Origin: a virus
Reading direction: 5' to 3' (one strand)
Virus genome (UHGV): UHGV-0085625
DNA length: 39,805 nucleotides
The position numbers and the translations under genes were made by a program. Of this stretch, positions 35,327 through 39,805 are shown in pieces (the first letter of the stretch is position 1; each line of letters begins with the position of its first letter). The notes beneath the pieces are model-generated. The model was not told where the DNA came from, ran no database searches, and saw nothing but the letters and a program-made list of their open reading frames with translations.

Positions 35327-36471
35327 TTGATTTTAAAGGATATACCCAAAAGGCAATACAGACGCAGTTGTTAGGACGGGTATCTGATAAGATCGACAGG
35401 CGTCAGGGAAGTATCATCCAGACTGCGCTTGGACCGGTTGCCTGGTATCTGGAAGGCTTGTATATGCTGTTGTCACAGGTACAGGAAAATGCTTATGCAG
35501 GTACTGCAGTAGGGGAGTATCTGGATTATGTCTGTGCGGAACGCAACATAGTCCGGAAAGCGCCTACTCCGGCGGTACGGCAGGGGACATTCAACGTGGA
35601 GATTCCCGAAGGATCCCTGTTTAAGACCATCAACGGGGCAGCATCTGTCATATTTAGGAGCGGTGGACTGATAAGCAGCGAAAAAGACCGGTATGTGTAT
35701 GAAATGACCTGTTCAGTGCCGGGAACCATAGGAAATTCTTATACCGGCAATATGCTTCCCATTACGGCGGTTTCCGGCCTTACAAGTGCAGAGCTTGGGG
35801 AAATTAAAACTCCGGGGTCAGATGAGGAAAACGATGATTCCCTGCGGGCACGGTTTTTCGAGAGTTTCGATGTGGCTTCCTTTGGCGGAAATATAGCTGC
35901 TTACAGAAACACAATCCTTGCCATTGAAGGAGTAGGAGCTGTGCAGGTATATCCTGCATGGAAGGGCGGGGGAACGGTGCTGTGCAGCATTCTGGACAGT
36001 GAATTAACACCGGCAGAGAGCGGACTTGTTGCACAGGTGCAAAAAGCAATCTGTCCTCCGGAGCAGGGCGGATCTGAACCTTCAGGAAATGGTTACGGCA
36101 TGGCGCCCATTGGAGCAGCAGTGACGATCACAACAGCGACGAATCTGACCCTTAACATATCCGTATCAATTCAGCTGGCGGCTACGGTAAGGATTGGAGC
36201 AGAAGCCTACCAGGAACAGATTGAGCAGAAAATACAGGCGTATTTATTATCTGTGTGCAGGACCTGGGGGAATGCGATCAAAGGGCAGAAAATCGAATAT
36301 GTGGTAGCCGTGTATGCATCCAGGATCGTGGCATCTATCTTGGAAATCCCGGATATTGTCAATGTTACGGATGTTTTAATCAATGGATCTTCAGGAGATC
36401 TGACATTGACAGAGACCGCGCAATTGCAGCAGATTCCTTCTCTTGGGGAGGTGACGGTTCATGAAAATTGA
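35323..36471 (+). CDS. Baseplate J-like protein (XkdT).
   Basis: 382 aa at the XkdT position in the PBSX-like tail gene order. Confidence 0.7.
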   Translation: MIDFKGYTQKAIQTQLLGRVSDKIDRRQGSIIQTALGPVAWYLEGLYMLLSQVQENAYAGTAVGEYLDYVCAERNIVRKAPTPAVRQGTFNVEIPEGSLFKTINGAASVIFRSGGLISSEKDRYVYEMTCSVPGTIGNSYTGNMLPITAVSGLTSAELGEIKTPGSDEENDDSLRARFFESFDVASFGGNIAAYRNTILAIEGVGAVQVYPAWKGGGTVLCSILDSELTPAESGLVAQVQKAICPPEQGGSEPSGNGYGMAPIGAAVTITTATNLTLNISVSIQLAATVRIGAEAYQEQIEQKIQAYLLSVCRTWGNAIKGQKIEYVVAVYASRIVASILEIPDIVNVTDVLINGSSGDLTLTETAQLQQIPSLGEVTVHEN

Positions 36472-36982
36472 TTTAATGCAGACACTTCCGGAATATTTCC
36501 GTGAGATCCTGGAATTTAAGGAGCTTATGAAAACGGATCAGGCTGTGCTTGCAGAGTTGGAGGCCAATATAGAGCAGATCCGAAAAAATTTTTATATCCA
36601 AACAGCAGATGAGTCTACATTGGCACAGAAAGAGGCACTGTTTGATATATTTGCATCTCCAGGTGAAACAATTGAATATCGCAGGCAGAGATTATTACAG
36701 AAATACAACACGATCGTCCCGTTTTCTATCGACTTTTTGATGGATCAGTTAAAGGAATTGTTTGGAGAAGATTTTACCCTCAGTGTAGATGCCGTGGCCT
36801 GTAAGCTGGAGATTTCGGTTACATCTTCGAGATATGGGGCGGTTGATCTGCTGTATAACCTGCTCTGGGATGTTATACCGGCGCATATAGAGATACATGC
36901 AAATCAGCAGGTTAATAATTATAGTTCCGCAGGACTATATATTGGCGGTGTCATGTCCAGTGCATTTATGCAGACAATATAG
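36461..36982 (+). CDS. XkdU-like (gpI/DUF2313) baseplate protein.
   Basis: Gene order. Confidence 0.45.
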   Translation: MKIDLMQTLPEYFREILEFKELMKTDQAVLAELEANIEQIRKNFYIQTADESTLAQKEALFDIFASPGETIEYRRQRLLQKYNTIVPFSIDFLMDQLKELFGEDFTLSVDAVACKLEISVTSSRYGAVDLLYNLLWDVIPAHIEIHANQQVNNYSSAGLYIGGVMSSAFMQTI

Positions 36983-36991
36983 GAGGCTATT

Positions 36992-38224
36992 ATGGGAGTA
37001 TATAAAAAAGCAGTCATTACAGAAGCGGGAGAAGCATTGGCAGCCAGAGCGGTGTCTGGTGAGGTTACGATACAGTTTTCCCATGCAGGAACATCATCGT
37101 ATGCATATTCCGAAGGTACAAACTTAAAAAAACTGACAGAACTTCAGGATGTGAAACAGACGGTGATTCCATCTAATGTGCAAATCGCAAATGATACACT
37201 GATTAGTATCCGAACGATGTTTGATAATAGTGAGATCACGCAGGAATATCTGATACAAAATGTGGGTATCTATGCGTCAGATGGGGAAACGGAGATATTG
37301 TTTGCAGTCTGCCAAGCGACCACTCCGGATCAGATGCCCGCTTTCAATGGAGTTGCCCCTTCGTCTTTTATTTATAATGTTCAGATCAGCATAGCTCAGG
37401 CGGATCAGCTGTCTATTTCAATCAATACAGCAGGTGTAGCTACTGTACAGGACGTGCTTGATCTGGAGAAAAAAATGGAAGAGAAGAAAATGGATTCTTC
37501 TGGTGGTGATGCATCTGATACAGTGGCATCAGTAGAAGAACCAAATTCGGAGGAAGAAAAGTATCCAGATATTGGTAGCAAGGGAAGTATGAAAAACATT
37601 CTGGGAAATTTATACCGATGGGTTAAGACTTTGAAGGCAGATAAGGTTGATTCCGCAGGCGGCGACACAGCAGAAACGGTGATTTCGGCGTTTGAAGCAT
37701 CTTCTGAGAACTTTCCGGTGCCGGCCGTCAAGGAAAAGGCAAAGACCAGATGGGGAAAAGTAAAGAAGTTTTGCGAAGATTTTAAGGCATGGATGACTGG
37801 CGTATGCCTGTTGGGGCATATTGTCAATAACTGTGTCACAAACAACCCTAACCTGCCGCTTTCGGCGGCTCAGGGTAAGGCCTTGATGGACCTTTATACT
37901 GTGCTCAATACCAAGCAAAATGAGGCTGATAGAAATATCGAACTTTTAACTACAGGCATTTCTCCAAAAGATAACGATATCCTAAACTGGTTAATCGCGG
38001 ACGGGCATAGAAGAACTATCTGGAAAATAAAAGGTAGCTCTATGGTTGGGGCACCAAATAACACAAGCGAATGGTGCTGTTTGAATTTTTTGGAAAATAC
38101 AAAATCTCGTGGAATTGCAATATGCTTTGAATACGGTGGAACAGCTGTCAAATACAGGTCTTACTTCAAGGAAAATGGTGGGGTCAAATGGCACGGACCG
38201 GATTGGGTGGATATTCATTCCTAA
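36992..38224 (+). CDS. Tail fiber/receptor-binding protein (XkdV-like N-terminus, AT-rich variable C-terminus).
   Basis: Conserved N-terminus MGVYKKAVITEAGEALAARAVSGEVT. The C-terminal half shifts to AT-rich. Confidence 0.65.
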   Translation: MGVYKKAVITEAGEALAARAVSGEVTIQFSHAGTSSYAYSEGTNLKKLTELQDVKQTVIPSNVQIANDTLISIRTMFDNSEITQEYLIQNVGIYASDGETEILFAVCQATTPDQMPAFNGVAPSSFIYNVQISIAQADQLSISINTAGVATVQDVLDLEKKMEEKKMDSSGGDASDTVASVEEPNSEEEKYPDIGSKGSMKNILGNLYRWVKTLKADKVDSAGGDTAETVISAFEASSENFPVPAVKEKAKTRWGKVKKFCEDFKAWMTGVCLLGHIVNNCVTNNPNLPLSAAQGKALMDLYTVLNTKQNEADRNIELLTTGISPKDNDILNWLIADGHRRTIWKIKGSSMVGAPNNTSEWCCLNFLENTKSRGIAICFEYGGTAVKYRSYFKENGGVKWHGPDWVDIHS

Positions 38225-38248
38225 ATCAGAGATTCATGTGTGGAAGTA

Positions 38249-38524
38249 TTATTTTGTGACAAGTGTTTTTACTATGCCATTTACATCTAACTTTAATTGC
38301 ATATCTGTATCCAGAAACAAAACAACACCTCCGGTCTTATAACAGTCTAAATACATACTTGGCCTTGCATCAGGGTTAATATCCGTTCGAGCTCTGATGG
38401 TAAAAGCAGCATTATCTACCCTTGCACCAAATAGGCCAGAATCTAAAAACTGCTGCTTTGTAAAGGTATTAGATTCGTCTTTTTTAGAGGCCTTGGTATT
38501 GCGCACATTAAAGCAGTCTACCAT
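38249..38524 (-). CDS. Hypothetical 91-aa ORF convergent with the tail fiber gene. Its first codons contain the 17-bp repeat CCTTGGTATTGCGCACA.
   Basis: Minus-strand ORF. Its N-terminal codons overlap the 38491..38507 repeat, which also occurs at 88..104. Could be a remnant or alternative fiber-tip cassette. Confidence 0.3.
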   Translation of the reverse strand: MVDCFNVRNTKASKKDESNTFTKQQFLDSGLFGARVDNAAFTIRARTDINPDARPSMYLDCYKTGGVVLFLDTDMQLKLDVNGIVKTLVTK

Positions 38525-38577
38525 ATATGCATCCCTCTGCCTTAGAATTAAGGTATCAATATAAGGAGGATGCGTGT

Positions 38578-39573
38578 ATGGATGAGATCAAATTAAAAGA
38601 TGATCTGATGGCAAGACTGGCCCGTGAGCTGGAACGGCCTGTTCTGCAGGTGATTGATGGAGCATTATCGGCAGTGTTGCGGGATTATGATGTTAGTAAG
38701 AGGGAAACGGGACTGAGCACAGAGGTGGTAAGCTGGCCGGAATATGATATTTTTATGTCCCGCATGATCTTCGGTGGCTATTCCAAGAGTACCATTCGGC
38801 AGTATGGGACATTTTTAAGAGAGCTGTTGGTTTATGTCGGTAAGTCTGTGCAGGAGATTACAGGGGATGATATTGTATCCTGTCTTAATGCCTATGCAGA
38901 GGCCCGGCAGATCAGCGGCAGTACCAAGGACCATAAGCGCCTGATCTGTAGCAGCTTCTTCACGTTCTTGCATGACCGGGGCTATATAAGCCGTAATCCT
39001 ATGGCTACTATAGACCCGATTAAGTATGTAGCTGAGGTGCGGGAGGCGCTGAACAGCCGCGAGGTGGAGAAGATGCGGATAGCCTGCGGAGAAAATATCC
39101 GGGATAATCTGGTACTGGAACTATTTCTCGCTACCGGCTGCCGTGTGTCTGAGGTGGTCGGAATGCGGGTGGAAGAGATTGATCTGGAAAGCGGATCTGT
39201 GAAGGTACTGGGAAAAGGCCAGAAGGAGAGGATTGTATTCTTTTCGGATAGGGCGCTGGAATATTTGGAGCGGTATTTGGATGGGCGCCGGTCTGGATCC
39301 GTGATCCTCTCCCTGCGATCTCCGCATCAGGGATTAAAAAAGAACGCTCTGGAGAATGTAATCCGGGCCATAGCACAGCGAGCGGGGATTACCAAGCGGG
39401 TATTTCCGCATTTACTTCGCCATACTTTTGCGACGAGAGCTCTTAATAAGGGGATGCCGCTCCCTACTCTGTGCGATATCATGGGTCATGCCAGCACAGA
39501 GACGACCCGGATTTATGCTAAAAACAGTCAAGGTCGGCTGAAATACGAATATGATATGTATGCAGCATCATAG
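38578..39573 (+). CDS. XerC/XerD-like site-specific tyrosine recombinase (second recombinase, distinct from int).
   Basis: AAGGAGG RBS. N-terminal SAM-like domain. Catalytic box HLLRHTFATRAL...GHASTETTRIYAKNS (R-H-R-Y). 134 bp upstream of the right terminal inverted repeat. Confidence 0.9.
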   Translation: MDEIKLKDDLMARLARELERPVLQVIDGALSAVLRDYDVSKRETGLSTEVVSWPEYDIFMSRMIFGGYSKSTIRQYGTFLRELLVYVGKSVQEITGDDIVSCLNAYAEARQISGSTKDHKRLICSSFFTFLHDRGYISRNPMATIDPIKYVAEVREALNSREVEKMRIACGENIRDNLVLELFLATGCRVSEVVGMRVEEIDLESGSVKVLGKGQKERIVFFSDRALEYLERYLDGRRSGSVILSLRSPHQGLKKNALENVIRAIAQRAGITKRVFPHLLRHTFATRALNKGMPLPTLCDIMGHASTETTRIYAKNSQGRLKYEYDMYAAS

Positions 39574-39706
39574 GTGATAGATTCTGATTGATTTTTTTAG
39601 CCTGCCAGAAGGGAGGCTTATTTGCTGTGCGCCTCTTGCTGGGTTGCGCCCAGTAGGGAATTGTACGGAATAGTTATACAGAGGGGGATTAGAGGCTGTA
39701 GGGCAT

Positions 39707-39805
39707 AATACCAAGCTCTCAGAAACGGCAAAGCAGCAAGGAATCCCACTATACAGTTCTGATATCTTGGAAGCTCAGGGAGGAGGGCGGCTGTTGTATT
39801 ATGAT
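39707..39805. repeat. Right terminal inverted repeat (reverse complement of 1..99).
   Basis: See the left repeat. Downstream of the recombinase terminator-like hairpin at about 39596..39622. Confidence 0.9.

Noticed and set aside
1-39805. Genome-wide stop-codon recoding (alternative genetic code).
   Set aside because: Only one conserved gene (ssb) has an in-frame stop. Terminase, portal, tape measure, capsid and both recombinases are all intact in the standard code.
1-39805. CRISPR array or diversity-generating retroelement.
   Set aside because: No regularly spaced direct repeats with unique spacers were seen, and no reverse-transcriptase-sized ORF or TR/VR repeat pair near the tail fiber.

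Overview
The window reads as a complete, circularly permuted temperate phage genome (~39.8 kb, Firmicutes/Clostridia-like). Gene order from the left: lysis module (XkdW/XkdX-like genes, holin, CHAP plus choline-binding-repeat endolysin); a putative attP region and a tyrosine integrase; a lysogeny module (DUF4041/T5orf172 membrane protein, ImmA/ImmR) facing a Cro-like gene across convergent consensus promoters; early genes (Erf, SSB, ERCC4 nuclease, CHC2 zinc finger, DUF927 helicase/primase, an iteron-rich putative ori); a tRNA-Asn; terminase; a Mu-like head module (portal, MuF, gpI-like protease/scaffold, major capsid); and a PBSX-like contractile tail module (sheath, tube, XkdN with a -1 frameshift site, tape measure, XkdP through XkdU, tail fiber). 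A second XerC/D-like tyrosine recombinase sits at the right edge. Main points of interest: (1) two tandem Fst/Ldr-like type I toxin-antitoxin loci flanking the endolysin gene; (2) 99-bp terminal inverted repeats next to the second recombinase, plus a 17-bp direct repeat, implying a hidden invertible or mobile segment between the tail-fiber and lysis modules; (3) a membrane-anchored DUF4041-T5orf172 protein in the lysogeny module; (4) an AT-rich moron carrying a SpoVK/CbbX-like AAA+ ATPase; (5) a MuF protein with a divergent C-terminal extension followed by an immunity-like ORF; (6) a hicAB pair inside the structural cluster; (7) a GACGTC-centred palindrome present five times (three perfect 16-bp copies); (8) an SSB gene interrupted by an in-frame TGA.
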